Assembly: GCA_004431415.1 (NCBI GenBank)
Contig: QPMI01000277.1
Span: 1-64,000 of the forward strand
DNA from: Cyanophora paradoxa CCMP329
Taxonomy: Eukaryota > Plantae > Glaucophyta
Direction of reading: 5' to 3'
Length of the DNA stretch: 64,000 nucleotides
This document shows positions 62,782-64,000 of the stretch, one piece after another. The notes beneath the pieces are model-generated. The model had not been told where the DNA came from. It ran no database searches and was given only the letters and a program-made list of their open reading frames with translations. The translations under genes and the position numbers were made by a program. Numbering within the stretch: position 1 is the stretch's first letter; each line of letters opens with the position of its first letter.

Positions 62782-63595
62782 CTACACTTCTCTACCCAGG
62801 AACGCTTGCACGCGGGACCGGGGCAAATGACGGTGCACACGAGGGCCTGAAAAGGAGAGAACAAGAATGCGGTGGTCAAGCTGAAGATGGAGCGCATCGG
62901 ATGGCGCTAGGAGCGAGTTAGTGGCAAGGCGACGCTGGAACCACTTGGTTGCAAGAGCAAAGTCGAGGCGCGAGTTTACAGCTTTAAGGCTAACAATTCG
63001 TGAATAAGTTGGGGCAAAAGCTGAAGCAGTTCCGCCGGCAGGAGGCGGTGGAGCATGGTTCGCAAGATCATCAAGCTGGTGGGAAGTCATCGTTGTGTGA
63101 ACGCACGAGCGCTGCAGGGAATTGGGCTTCGGGGTGCGGTGATTCCGGTCTCCGATCAGAAGCATAGGCACAGTAGCGGAGAGATACCCAGCCTGCACAC
63201 AAGATTGCCACCACTCATGGCGGTCCCTGTTGTCACTAGCAGGGGCATAGACGCAAGCCAAGAGTACGGTCGTAGCAGGGAAGGAACCCGACGCCTTGTA
63301 CGCAACAGAGACCGAAATAAAACGTCCATCAGAGTCCTGACGAGCAATTGTAACCTCGTGCTGTGCAGCAAAGAAGGGCGTGGCCATTATGGCAACACCA
63401 GTGGAGCGGGATTGAGTAGGAGCAGAGTTTTCCCAAAGGGTGACCAGCGTCATCAAATTCCCGCAGCTTAGTTTCCTGTAAGCAGAGGATGTCTATCTTG
63501 TGAGCAACGGCAAACTTCCTGCAACGTTCCACAAAGCTCTGCAGCTTGCTGGGACTATTGAGCCCGCCCACATTTAATGATGCAATGTTAACCAA
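62782..63595 (-). mobile_element. L1/Tx1-like non-LTR retrotransposon ORF2 APE-type endonuclease, frameshifted and 3'-truncated
   Basis: IASLNVGGLN, DILCLQETK, STGVAIM, DSDGRFI, ACVYAP, LIGDRN, SRLDFAL, DHRIL. Frameshift near 63456. No RT follows. Confidence 0.9.
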
Positions 63596-64000
63596 ACTTG
63601 ATCAGGCCATGGCGGTGCACGAAGGCGGTGAATGTGGGGCAGCGGGGCAATCCCAGCAACGAAAGGAAATGCAAGGCTCTCCAGATGAAAGCCGAGGACC
63701 CGAGAGCTTAGCCCGGCATCAGCTTCGAGAAGAACTGAGTGCGCAGCTAGCACGGCAGCAGCTTCGACGATCCGAGTAACGGTAACTGGCCGCGTCGACG
63801 CCTGCACATGGCGAGAGCTGAGCCGGGCGTGCGCATGACATAGAATGTACCGAGCTTGTGTGCGACAGGAGCTGGAGGCGGGAGCACAGCTGCCGGATGA
63901 CGCCGCGCGGACGTCAAAGACGAAGAGCATGTTGGTGGACAGGAGTCTCGCAAATCCGGCTGCCGCAAGGAGTTCAAGGCAGCGCGCACGGGAATGCGCA

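Overview
Eukaryotic, GC-rich, gene-dense DNA with many short introns (mostly about 50-70 nt) and frequent GC-AG splice junctions. The gene content (organellar lysyl-tRNA synthetase with an N-terminal 'AF' transit-like peptide, complex I subunits, outer-arm dynein LC4, a CBM20 protein) points to a plastid-bearing flagellate; a glaucophyte such as Cyanophora is my inference and is not proven. About 17 spliced genes can be reconstructed by hand: NDUFB3, LysRS, NDUFAF3, RPS10, RPL30, an XRN exoribonuclease, a HEAT-repeat protein, an unrecognised T/E/K/V/Y/P-rich repeat protein, a degenerate kinesin with a PH domain, coronin, a DA2/GW2/Sip5-like RING protein, a CBM20 plus Ala/Lys-repeat protein, a coiled-coil protein, two hypothetical genes, CPSF160, archaeal-type iPGM and LC4. 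Most sit in tight head-to-head pairs. The other intergenic gaps hold tandem arrays, palindrome-rich filler and near-identical, intron-retaining fragments of neighbouring genes. The last 9 kb is a transposon nest: a DIRS/Ngaro-like RT split by a 6.17-kb CAC-ended TIR element with a 3-bp TGA target duplication, an 81-bp (CT)n-tailed insertion, and an L1-like endonuclease. The main candidate system is a CAC-ended DNA transposon whose hairpin-type excision footprints could explain the palindromic micro-insertions and filler DNA across the window. Exon boundaries were assigned by eye and are approximate.
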